Assembly: GCA_001687465.1 (NCBI GenBank)
Contig: LVLI01000002.1
Location: 1 to 62,286, forward strand
DNA length: 62,286 nt
Direction of reading: 5' to 3'
Source of the DNA: Halocafeteria seosinensis
Taxonomy: Eukaryota
Shown: positions 1 through 12,210 of the stretch, in pieces
Position numbering within the stretch: the first letter of the stretch is position 1
How the letters are laid out: each line of letters begins with the position of its first letter
Translations under genes and position numbers: made by a program
Notes under the pieces: model-generated
What the model saw: the letters and a program-made list of their open reading frames with translations, nothing else
Databases searched by the model: none
What the model was told of the DNA's origin: nothing

Positions 1-3000
1 AGCGTTGAGTATGAAGAGTGAATTAGCCATAGCATTCTTACCTTCCCAAAACCTGTTGATTGGTTTCGTGCCTGGTGTTAACCAAGCACTTAGTGGGTAT
101 GACGGATGTCCATTCAGATAAAAGACCAGTTCTGTCGTGCTCTTGGAGTTTTCCCAGCGCGATTTAGTGGTCCGGTTCATTCTGCAGCAACAAGGGGAAT
201 AATGGAAGTTCGAAAGAAATGAATCGATGTTGCCAGTTTCATACCGCTCAATCTGAGTCGTTGTCTTCAGATGGGTGTCAATCAATGAAGATGAAAGCAC
301 CCAGAGCGCTGCATCACACTCAAATATTGATTGGAGATGTTCGGAAAGCGATTAGGTACGTACGTCGCATGTCTTCCCCGAAATAGTTGTGTCGCAAATA
401 CTTTATCATTTCGTCCCCGTTGGGAAACACCCTCAGGCCATCGCAGATATGCTGCTCCTTTTCTGCCGCATCAGTCGTGGAGCGACTACTGCTCATGCTC
501 AATAGAGCTCTCTCCAGTGTTCTGCCTCATTGGTTCAGGGACTGTAAGTTGATTAGCCCAAGTCATCGTGTGACTACGCTTACTTGTAATCCGGGAACTG
601 CAGATCAGAATTGTCTCCATTTCGCTGCTCAACTGGCTGATTTCCGTGTCCACCTGCTGGCTGGTGGACCGCCTCCTCTTCCTCATCTGTTTCCACGTAC
701 TTGCTGTCATCCGAGGCACCGCTATCGTTCGCATTCACCTCTTCGGTGTCGGATATTTCGGAGCAATCGGAATCCCTATCATCCTCCTCGTTCTCGACAT
801 GCTCTCCTGCCTGCTCAGCGCCATCGTCTTGGGGTTGGTCCTGTTCCCGCAAGAGCTGCTTCATTCCCCTATTGAACAGTGGACGCAGATAGGAGTTCCA
901 TCTGCAACGCGTAACTCAAGATAATGTTCACGGCTTGGAGAAGTGTATTGCGCCGTTACATACGCCTTCTTTAGGTGATGCAGACAGAGCTGAACATCGA
1001 TCTGTAAAACATCTTTCAGCAGATTTGTCTCGTCACGCCGCGCATGGGGAAATGTGAGTGTTTGAATTTCGTCCATCTCGTCTTTCATGGTGATCCAGGT
1101 CGTCGAATCGGACTCATAAGGAGCATGCATTTGTGACAACTGCTGTGGTCGTACATTTGTAGGCGAAGGAGGGAAACACCACTGAATTCAGTACTCACGT
1201 GCTCTATACTGGCCCGGATATCCGTGTCTTGAATGAATCCGTCCCGAATTTGCCGTTTTAAGAAATCTACTTTTTTCCCTATCGTGACTTTCAGAAATGA
1301 GTATATCTGGGCCTTATCAAAGTCACTGACGAGTTTCTGCAGTCAGTGCAGCTGTCGAGGGTGGGCAGTCTAGATAATGAGCCATCTTAGAAACCGCACA
1401 TACCTTGACATGGCGCTCCATTCTTTTGTCCGGAAAGAAGTTTTGGTAGAAGATTTTCCAGTACTCAGTGAGCGCTTCTTTCCTCCGTCCTTCGCCTTGG
1501 ATAAGTAGGTGTGAAATGACGATTCCTGGACAAGTAAACATACGGAGTCCTGAAAGCTGCCGCACATCGCAAAGTAACAGTCGAAGGAAGCACTCACCTC
1601 TATTGTGCTCCTTCGGAACTCCGAGGATGGGAAAATACGAATATGGCCCCATCTTGGTGCCGTCAATTTGGACAGTATTTATTGAGGAACTGGTTCTGCG
1701 GAGGAAGAGTTCGTGCGCACTCGAAGAGAAGCACACAAATCTCCTATACGAGAAGTGGTGTTCTTTACTGGAGGGCAAACAGTAACGATGGGATCGGGAC
1801 CGGACCGAATATCGTGTTGTTCAATATAGACTGGTCTACATACCTAACGATATTGAATCCTTCAGCTGCCTCATAGGCGACTTGCAGCTCGTCCAATGTG
1901 CTCGCCACCACAGACGGCGCAAATCGCGTGCGCTTCTTCCCCGTGATGTAGAAAGACGAGCGCCTGTAGTGAAGATGAAGAAACGCACATGCATGTAGAC
2001 CGGTTGACTATGGTTGTAGCATACCGAATGTTGGCTACTTCGTCGCTCGTCGGAACTTCCCTGGATTCTCCAATGACTCGGGGAAGTAACGCCCCTGGTA
2101 GAGTGTCGGAGGTACGTAATACTAAGGTAAGTCCTGAGAATCTTAGTATTTCACTTACCTGAGGCATCTGTTTGTGGTCCATCACATGCAGATGTAGACA
2201 GTTGGTCGAAGACGTCCGATTCGAGTGCGCTGTATGTGTGCGGAATGTGCATTTCTCCTCGCCTGCATGTTAGTGATAGTGAAGTGGTGACTATGTTGGC
2301 ATTGAAGTAAATTTCGCCGCAAGGTCACTTACCATTTCAGGAATACTTACCGAGTTGAGTGGCTAACGATTCGAGGGTGTCCGCCACTTCAGACGGAGGG
2401 ACATTCAAAGTACCTGTTTCGGGTAAAGTGCCCGTCAAGGAAACAGGTTCTGTTGAATGCCCTCTTGCTGGAGACACAAACAGTGTTATGTTTAGCGTCA
2501 GCACGAGAACATGGCGACCCGACGATGGTTCTCCTTACCTGCTGGCTGCTGGAGGCGAACGGGTTTCTCCAACTCCTTCCTAATAAAGTCTTCAGGAATT
2601 GCTCCGTTTGCGCCCACCGCGTAACCGGCATCTCTTAGCTGTATCTAATATATAATCCGATAGTGTCCTCATACCGTATCCACTGTACCGCAACAAGACT
2701 TACTCTTCTGACAACGAGCGCATACCTCGTCGTAGCCCTATGATTCTGGGCCCCTCCTCGAAGTTCTCTTGACTTTGCGGTCTGAACCAAGGCTTGCCAC
2801 CTTTCTTTGGGCACTAAATAACGCCATTTGTTCCGGTATTCCTGCAAATTTCCCCCAACCAACTCATCACACAATGAGAAGGAATTGACAAGATATTCAT
2901 TCGGACACTGTGGACATTAAATCCCATTGGTATCGACCTACATGGGTAGGATACGCTACCCAGCTCCGGCCGCTCTCTTCACTAGTATCAGGAATATTCA

Positions 3001-3213
3001 CACGAGTATAAGGGGGAGGTTACGTACGCGAACTATAGTCCCATTTTCGACCGTAAAGTTTCGGAGCTTGGCGCTGAGTTTCCTTTTTTCATTGGTGGCG
3101 TAAATAGAAGAGAGGATGGAGCGTCCCTCGGCTTCTGGCTCAGGTGAGTCCTCGAGCCCTGCATGGCCTCCCTGGAGGATGTCTTTTAGTCTTTGATACT
3201 GAGCGGATTCCAT
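1..3213 (-). CDS. Multi-exon hypothetical protein running off the window start; N-terminal part weakly resembles a degenerate retroelement integrase H2C2 zinc-binding region
   Basis: A chain of minus-strand ORF pieces separated by GT-AG introns, starting at ATG 3213. Splicing gives YLVPKERWQALVQTAKSRELRGGAQNHRATTR|LRDAGYAVGANGAIPEDFIRKEL. There is an acidic tract at 580-864 and further exons down to position 1. Confidence 0.5.
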
Positions 3214-3694
3214 GTTGGCTCTACACTTTTTGCAGCACGTTGGCGGCTGTTATGGACGAGGCTCTCCAATCCGTTTGAGACGTATTGCTGCTCATGCCGT
3301 GGCAATGTGAAGTGTCGTTGACTCAATGACGTCACTGACTCACTATCGACATGCTATTATTACCGAATTATGCCCGATTAGGATACATTTAAGGGAAGTT
3401 AACTTTTCATTGGTCGGAGGAGAGTCCACAGAACTCCAGAGTCGAACTGATGCAATTGCGTTGGTTTCAGTACCGTGTAGTTTCATTGAGTGCGGATCCG
3501 CCGCTACGGCTTGATTAGACGGACACCAGTTCGGAAGGAGATATGAGGTGCGCATCCGTTCCGTGGTCGCTATCGTATTCAATACAATCGCTGCACTTGA
3601 AAGCTATGTGTATCGCCCTGCAAAAGCATGATCACAATTCCAATATACAGTTCTTTCATCGGAGGAGGAAACAGAATCGCGAAAGATACCGATT

Positions 3695-4290
3695 ACTTCT
3701 ACCACACCATGTCCCCGTACAAGCACTTTATATTGCTCAATTAAGATCAGTGAGTGTGTATTAACCCCCATATGAGATGTCTACATGTAGGAAAGCACTT
3801 CGAGTTCCCCAGGGATTCCACCGATGCCGCTACAGTCCGCTTTAGCGACCAAAGCGCCAAACGTTCCAATCACTTCTACCACACCATGTCCCCGTACAAG
3901 CACTTTATATTGCTCAATTAAGATCAGTGAGTGTGTATTAGCCCCAATATGAGATGTCTACGTGTAGGAAAGTACTTCGAGTTCCCCAGGGATTCCACCG
4001 ATGCCGCTACAGTCCCGCTTTAGCGACCAAAGCGCCAAACGTTCCAATCACTTCTACCACACCATGTCCCCGTACAAGCACTTTATATTGCTCAATTAAG
4101 ATCAGTGAGTGTGTATTAGCCCCAATATGAGATGTCTACATGTAGGAAAGTACTTCGAGTTCCCCAGGGATTCCACCGATGCCGCTACAGTCCCGCTTTA
4201 GCGACCAAAGCGCCAAACGTTCCAATTACTTCTACCACACCATGTCCCCGTACAAGCACTTTATATTGCTCAATTAAGATCAGTGAGTGT
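3695..4290. repeat. Tandem array A: 177-178 bp unit, about 3.3 near-identical copies
   Basis: ACTTCTACCACACCATGTCCCCGTAC... starts at 3695, 3872, 4050 and 4228; the last copy is cut at 4290. Confidence 0.97.
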
Positions 4291-4799
4291 AAGTGATTGT
4301 TGCATTAAGGATCCTGAACATGTCAATGATGACCCAGAGTAACGATCAAACTCGGTATACACCCTCTACATTGGTTTAGAATCGTCCGCAAGTTGATTCC
4401 TCCAGGGGTTCAGAGGAAACTCGTCCCGAATCTCGGAAGTCCCCAAGGTCAAGAGATTCTTTATCTAGTATGACTTAAATATTTAAGTGATTGTTGCATT
4501 AAGGATCCTGAACATGTCAATGATGACCCAGAGTAACGATCAAACTCGGTATACACCCTCTACGTTGGTTTTAGAATCGTCCGCAAGTTGATTCCTCCAG
4601 GGGTTCAGAGGAAACCCGTCCCGAATCTCGGAAGTCCCCAAGGTCAAGAGATTCTTTATCTATTATGACTTAAATATTTAAGTGATTGTTGCACTAAGGA
4701 TCCTGAACATGTTAATGATGACCCAGAGTAATGATCAAACTCGGTATACACCCTCTACGTTGGTTTTAGAATCGTCCGCAAGTTGATTCCTCCAGGGGT
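4291..4799. repeat. Tandem array B: 194-195 bp unit, about 2.6 near-identical copies
   Basis: AAGTGATTGTTGCA... starts at 4291, 4485 and 4680. Unit junctions contain the palindrome ACTTAAATATTTAAGT. Confidence 0.97.
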
Positions 4800-5618
4800 C
4801 CTGTAGAAATCCCTGCATTTATCACACGTAGGAAAACCTTGGTCAATATTGAAGGTGTTGTTGTATCAACGGTCCTGAGGATTCCATTTTGGACTCAAGG
4901 AAGCAACCGAACTGGGTGTGTAGTGACTTCCTTTGTTCTAGACTACCAAGTAGTACACACATACGGTAGGGATTCTCCGTCGGAAGCCTTGAAATACCCT
5001 TGGTAGGAACAAATGTTAAATGGTAAAGGTTAAGTTTCGGTAAATTGAACACGTTGTTCCATTATGGGCCGGAAGAATTCCAAGTTTAACCCATATGTGT
5101 AACCGAACTAGATAATAGATATAAGGATCTGTGCTACAAACCCGTTTCACACTGTACCATAATGTGCGAGTGGACTAGGGCTTTGCTGTAAGCGTCTCCA
5201 TTCCTACAACTTATTGATTAGGGCTGCTGTCTGCTACGAGATGGGTGATACGACTCGAAATGGAAGTGAAGTTGCACACTGGAACCCTCGGGTCCTCCAA
5301 CTTACGACAGGACTGGTAAAGCATATACATTAAACGACGAAACATAAATCAATTGCCCACCAGAAGCATGTATTCTCTTTGACAGGGAACAGTGCTTGCA
5401 GCTTCTTCCCCTGAAACATGCTGAACCAATGTTGAGGCTCTCGATGTAGGGCAGTGGCCAGATGCCTGAACCCACCCCAGCTGACTTCGATTATCACGGA
5501 TCCGCCGTTATCTGCAAATGTGGCGTAACAGCAGATCGCCTGAAGTGCTCCCTCTCAGTTAGGTTTCTCCGAGACCTTCGACACATAAGAATATCCTGGG
5601 CATATCTTGAAAATTCGC

Positions 5619-7771
5619 CTAATCCGACAAACTTGGTCGACCTTTCGGGGGAGGGCCCATGAGTGGTAGCCGAAGCTTCGCGTCTGCTGGATCAGTGTAC
5701 CCGTGTTGTTTCACGTACTCTCTGAGCCCAGGGAAAGTGACAACTGGAAACTCCTCTTCTTGTGGATATTGCTGCAACCAACGAGCCACAGTGCAGTAAT
5801 CATGATTGAACAGAGAAGTGTCCGGGATGCCGTTTTTCGAGGCTGCACACAATAGGTGAACACATGGCTGTGCATCAGTGTCAGGCACACCACAAGAACA
5901 CTTCATCGTCCGCAGGTCCACACTATATGTCTGGCCAGTGGTTTCAATGAAAATACTATCCCCTGTGCCCGATTCAACCCGAGGAGAAAGATCTTCCGCT
6001 TCCTTCCTGAGGTTTTTCAGAATTTCATGTGCGGCAGGTGTTAGTTCATACCCCTTGTCCAAGGCTTGCTTTACCTGGCGCTGATATCTATTGAACCGGT
6101 CTCTTTCAGATAATACCAAGTTAATCACTGCAGGCACAAAGTGGGACGTCCGGGAAGGCTTAAGTGCCTCATTCATGGATTCAACGAGTTGACTAGTGTA
6201 ATAACTGAAGGTAACGCCGCCGCTCCTCTGAAGAGCCTTCACTAAGAACTGATTTGCTGGAGGGAGGGTGAACACCTTTCGCATTTGCTCCTCTGTCAGC
6301 TCCTGAAGCATTCTATTGAGTCTTCTAGAATACTGTTCCGTCGTCTTTGAGGCAGCTACTTTATCCCACAGGTATTGGACCCTTCCAGTAATGGACTTCA
6401 TCGTGTCCCTGCGATGGCCTCCACAACACAGGAAATGGGCATTCTTGAAGAAGCGTGCGAAAGCGTTAGCACCTCCTTTATCTCCGTCTGCAATGAAAAT
6501 GGTCCCCGCGGAATCAATGTCAGGAAAGCTGTCTAAAACGAACTCAAAGAAATCCCCCCAAGAATCACCAGACTCATTCAATAAGTGGAAACCAGCCGAC
6601 ATGCAGCATGCATTGGAATTGGCAGAGTAAGTCCACATACTGAACATTATCCCCGGCCTTCCAATCATGTGGGCAGCGTCACAGATGTAGAGGGGAGGCC
6701 CCCTATCTGTGTGGGTGGTCCTCGGAGACCACCAGAAGGATTTTATGAACCGAGCATCATCGTCAACATGAGGAAGATCGACTGCGTTGGGGTCAAAAGC
6801 CGGCACTTTTCTTTGTTCTTCCTTGGGAAGGGATTTTGAGTAGTGCTTGTGCGCGGACTCCTCGACTCGGATCATTATCCGGCGCATCTCATCTGCACCA
6901 CAGTATTCCACCTTTGCGTTATGTCCTTCCTCAGTAAGTAATTTTGCAAGCGTAGGTGCCATTTTTACAGTCTCTTCGTCACTTCCCTGTACTGTTGCAG
7001 TTGCGATGCTCCTAATTCTGCTTTCCTTTGAACCTGATAACCTCTTGTTCGGTAGAAGGTAGTGTCGTAAGGCGGACCGTATTTCGCCTGCTGTAAGGGA
7101 TCGACGTTGGACGAAATCCAGGTTCCTACTCACGATCCGAGCTAGTTCTTCGGATGAGTAGGCAACCTTTGGAGTTTTTGAGAGAGGTTTACCTCCGTAA
7201 TGTTCCATGGCTTGTCCCTACTGCCGCTTGGGCTAAATGACGCACGCACCAGGAAATCAGGAGTATCTGCGTTCGCTCTTGAGGGATCACTCCAACTAAG
7301 ACTTATTTTCGTCGCGTCTGTCCATTGTTTGGTTGGGCAGACATTCACGAAAGTGGCCAACTCTTTGGCCGCCACTTCGTTTGGAGGAAAAACGTTGCCC
7401 TTTCCAAACAATTTCCTCAGGATTCTTTCGTTTAAGTTCCCGGTAGGTCCTGGGGATTCCTTTTTCGCCGGGCTCCTCCTTGTGGAGGATGGCCTTTTCG
7501 TACAAAGCTCGCCTGAACCGAAGGTAGGAATCGGGTGACTGCTTTGAATCACTGAATATACAAGTGGGTAATCTTACCATCGTTCTTTGTACTCGTCTTC
7601 TCCGGGGGTGCACGGTCCTTGATTGAGTATTTCCCAGTCTTCGGAAGTGTAGAAAAGGGAGCTGTCGGGAGTGTCTGAATCTCCAGCGTCCTCCGCTGCA
7701 CCCGCTCCTGCAGCACCCTGACCGAAAGTATCCTGTGGATCCCTCGGTCTTTTTTGGCTCCTGGTAAGCAT
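5619..7771 (-). mobile_element. Mutator-like (MULE/MuDR) DDE transposase with SWIM zinc finger
   Basis: ORF 5619-7208 has LYICDAAHM (D), IFIADGDKG (D), LCCGGH (CxxH), TSQLVESMN (E) and SWIM CSCG..QPCVH. The N-terminus (ATG 7771, intron near 7575) is spread over different frames (IVWKGQRFSSK; DFLVRAS...PWNITE). Confidence 0.9.
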
Positions 7772-8123
7772 TATGCTTAGTGACTACACATACAGATGCA
7801 CTAATAAAAGAGGTGGCTGGGGAATATTCTATGCGCCGGTCGATATTGCAATGATGGGTGTATGACGATGTACAAACCACTGCAGTGACGCCTATTGGGG
7901 CGGAGTTAGTGCATGTTTGAATGTTCACTGTGACCGTTAGTGCAAGAATGAAAGTTTAAACCTTTGTTAGTGTAGATTCGAATATAACAGTTCCCCATTT
8001 TTGCCCTTCGAAGGGAACGAGGGGAAAACGACAAAAAGCATTAGGCACCGCCACAAAGGGGAGACAGAGCGGTGCTTGCTTTCAAATACTGATTAAGTTC
8101 TTTCGTTTGTTTACACTATAGTA

Positions 8124-10872
8124 ATGGCTGCTGCGGGCAAACATTCCCAGCATACCCGCTCTTCAGCTGGCGACGAAGCCGAGGGGAGTCTCGAAATGCT
8201 CACAGTGCCTGAATTGCGGAGCCGATGCAGAAAAGAAGGTATCAAACCTGTACCAAAAACCAAGGGTAAACTGATAGAGGCATTATTTAACCGGAAAGGA
8301 AGTGCCGGCGCTGGTGCAGCTTATCCACGGAGTTCTGTCCAAAGTAGGAAACGCCTTCGGGGATCTGATGGAAATAGCGACAATGAAAGCATGGCGGATG
8401 AGCGCTCATTACCCAAACATGCGAAAGGTGAAATACCTCCGGCACGTCATAGTAAGCTCGGTTATGCACCTTGTGACTGAAAATACGATATTATTCTAGG
8501 TCGCTGATTCAAAATTACAGAGCTTCTAGAATGGCTCGAGGAACGCCCTCGTCCCGGTAAACCGAGGTGGTTAAAGTGGCCCGACTTCAAGCGCCACTTC
8601 GCCGTGGAACCAACGTTGGACTTCAGTGCTCCCCCATTTGTGGAATTGGAAGATCTTACAGAGTACTTGTACGGCTTGATATTTGATCTGAAGAACCCGG
8701 AAACCGGGGAAGAGGAGAGGGGTGAACCTCTACCTCTAACCGAGGATGATATAAATTGGGCCAAGGGCATGGCCAGGAGAGCTCATTCGCTTGCGAAGAA
8801 ATACAGGGAAGGTGTAGCAGGTAAGTGAACACCAAATCTCCAAACGAATTTGTTGTTTTTCTTGGGTGTGTTTTTACGTTAACTACATATGCTACTGGTT
8901 ACTTGTCCCTACGGATTTGTTTGCAGGAGGTGGTGCAGCTTCAAGTTTTATTGGCGGAGCCGGTAAGTACAGTGCGTCTGTTGTGGTTAGTACGGTCTAT
9001 TATCAGTGTTTCACCACATTGTTGTGCGGAGGCGGTGCAGCTTCAAGCTCTAGTGGTAAGTGAGCCCTAACCAGAAATCTTTTTGGTGAATGACGCCGCT
9101 ATTGTGGTTTCGTTCTTTATAACGCCAACGCAGCTCTACTCACTCCCGACGATAGACAAGCTATTATAGCCGAAGTATTGGACAGCCTGGCTCAGGATCC
9201 TCAACTGTTTGAACGAGAAGATGGTTCACACGTCGACCTTCCTCCTCATGACGGGGCAATCTCTGAACGCGGAAGCGAGGTGCATGTGAAAACGATAACT
9301 CTTCCAAAAATGTCCGTTCCGAAGTTTATTCCTTTTGTCGTGGGACACAACGTGGTGCTTCTCCGTCAAGCGACGACTGAACTTCTGGAAGGCTTCTATG
9401 AGTGGATCAGGGAATATCAAGAGTCAGATTCTTTGCAAGTACCCACAAACGTGTTCCTTACGGGGACTGCTGGAATGGGGAAGTCTGTGTTGGTGTGGCA
9501 GCTTATCCAGCGGGTGGTATATGATGAGCGTTGCGTCTTGTACTGCACGAAAGATTCCGATGGGAAGGGTGAAGCCTTTGTGATACGCAGACAGGGAGGC
9601 CAAATATCTGTTCAATGCGTGAATGTCGAGGACATACGCCGACTTGGTGAACAGCATTTAGGTGCGAAGGTTGTTCAGATTATGGACGGTCATCACTCTA
9701 CAAATATGCCGGAAATAGCGGGGGTGAATAGTGTTTGTATTCTCTACGTTTCGTCTATCAGGGACAAGATCTTCAAGGAGAGAAGCAAGAAAAGTGACTG
9801 GACGTATTTCCTCCCAAAATTTTCGAAGGAGGAAACAAGGGTTTTTGCAGAAGTAAGAAGTAAGTATCTGCCCCAGCCAACTCTGGATGAAATCATGGGG
9901 CGTTATGAAGAAGTAGGTGGCTGCCCACGATTCCTGACGAAAGGGAATACCGCATACAAGAAAACATTAAAAGAGCAACAAGATGCGGTAAAATTTCTGA
10001 GGGAGGCATCAATGGATCCAGACGTTTTGCATGATGTGACTTCAACTGTTGCGTCGAAGTTTGTTGTTCACATCGGGGCACGCCCAACTGAATATGAGGA
10101 CCTCAATGAACATCTTCAGAAGTATGCTGTTCAGACTCGAGAGATTGCTTCAGGTCGTGTGAGCCGGTTGATGGTGCTGTATTATAATCTTCAGATGCAG
10201 AAGCTAGGATCAATGTTGACCAGTAGTGACACACCAGCACGGCCTTATTTTTTTGAGAGTGTGGTCATTCAATTTGTACAAAATGGGCCCACACTGTCGT
10301 GGATGGGGAGGAGGAGACGCCGGAGACAGCCATGGAGCTTGCCCAAACTGAAAGCGATCCTGGTGTTGAAAGAGTCGATGAAGCGTGCACATACGTTTGA
10401 GCTTACCGTGGGGCAGCTTTGTGTTCCTGTAGAACGCACGTTCCCCGTTATTGATGCCTGGTCAGCTCACTATCTGGTCCAGGTAACGGTGGCTAAGCGA
10501 CACGCTCTCGACTGGACGAATCCGGTATTTAAGAATGTTTTGAAACAAGTGAGGGAATCCCGACGCCAAAACAGCATAAAAGGAAACATACCGTTTTACT
10601 TTTATGTCCCCGAGGGTCAAACTTGCAAGACTGTAGAGAAAGGCACCCCACCTCATGATGTAGAGGTTTACGTTGTCGCATTGTCCAATCTGCCGGATTG
10701 GACGAGGGCTGCTTGCGAAGACGTCGACCCAGAAGAAGCAGCTGTGCAGCACGAGAGCGCTCATGGCTTTCGGACAATTTATGTCACAGCATCTGAATGC
10801 AATACTTCAACTACTCGTGAAGTTCTCAGTGCTCAGTGGGGAGAGCATTCCAATGTTGGACACCAATTTTGA
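8124..10872 (+). CDS. Crinkler/RHS-type (CR) protein: N-terminal SAP domain, P-loop NTPase, C-terminal PD-(D/E)XK-like nuclease
   Basis: Exon 1 has SAP-like LTVPELRSRCRKEGIKPVPKTKGKLIEAL. Exon 2 is about 8521-8820, followed by micro-exon(s). The long exon has Walker A GTAGMGKS, Walker B QIMDG, RYEEVGGCPR, FFESVV, PVERTFPVIDAW and VQVTVAKRH. Confidence 0.8.
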
Positions 10873-12210
10873 GACCCTTTCAAATCTGGTCTTACTCACA
10901 TGAGAAAACGGTGACTTGATACCCCATAGAAAATCAAAGCCGCTGACGCTATTGAACAACAAAATTTGTTAAAATTTTCACGTGCAGCTCAACGAGTCGA
11001 AGGCCACTCTCGTAAGAGCTTTTCGCGCTGGTGTAAAGGAAACGAGATTACGTCACTGTGAATAATGACACAAATTCCATACTCATAATAGATTAGGACA
11101 CTGCCAGTATAATGGTGAATCCAGAATTTCCATTTTCGTCTTTACATATTGTATTATCATCGTCTTCTTCTTGAAGGGTACGGTCTGCAGTGGCGACCTC
11201 CACCTCTCCGGTCCCTGCTATACAAGCAGTCGCTAGCGCAAACAAGGCTTGACCTGTACGCAGACATGATGGGTAGCTCATCCCTTTCGCGATGGAAGCG
11301 ACTGGAGGCTTTGGACTCCGAAGTTCGGAGACGATGCGTATCCCTTCCTCAAACATCTGGCACAGAGATTCCCGGGGACAGTGAAAGGAGCGTGGGACCA
11401 ACAAAACTACCAACAAGAAGCTGGTGATGTCTCGGCTATGCCTGTGCTTGATGAGAGAGAACGTCAAAACGATCCGGCATTTCGCGACTACCATGCAAAT
11501 TGAAATGTAAATAGAATAGTATCATCTTGCTCGTAGATTCTTCCGGCAGGACGTATACAACAGTGTCCTAGTCACTCCTAGGCAAACCGGGCTGGTCGCC
11601 CGGGGGGAGTGAGCCGGGCCGAGGGACCGGGCACGCCTTTGCAGGCTGGCTGAAGGGATTAAACTGAGTTTACTAGTGTATTGATACTACAAATTCGAGT
11701 GAGATGGTCTCCGTGCGCTCTCTTTTGATGAGTAGAGCCCCTCTAAGCACAGCGGCTACGCTAGTTGCGGTGTGAAAGGAACGATGGAGGCAAGAATGGT
11801 GCCGATACGTGTAACAGAGAACGGATAGCTTATCGTTCGTCGGTGAAATAGACGTATGGCGATTGAGTTTGGTTAATGTTACTTGCTTGCTGAATTGGTT
11901 CGACCGTCTGCGGTTAGGTGGTATCAACGAGATCGTCCACTGACAGGAAACGCCTTCGGAGAGCGGCCACAAGCGCGACTACTGCTGTTTCTAGGACTGC
12001 ACATCCAGTGCTTCGTTGGACGTTATGGTACAGGGTATGTGTTTCGGCGCGATTCCTCCGCATCGTTCTGTCGCCTCTGCCACGCTACATTTTCGGGAGA
12101 GTAAAGAGCTTGTCGACACAATTCTTCTCGGAAGCCGATCTCATCGACTCGATCACCGACTGCTAAGGGCCACATCTGCGCAGAAGTCCACAATCTAGGG
12201 AGCTTATATA

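Noticed and set aside
3695..4799. CRISPR-like or guide array
   Set aside because: The units are near-identical along their whole length with no variable spacers, and no Cas, TnpB or Fanzor gene was recognised.
11093..12200. Short ORFs between the CR and Ulp1-like genes
   Set aside because: No recognisable domain or consistent exon chain.
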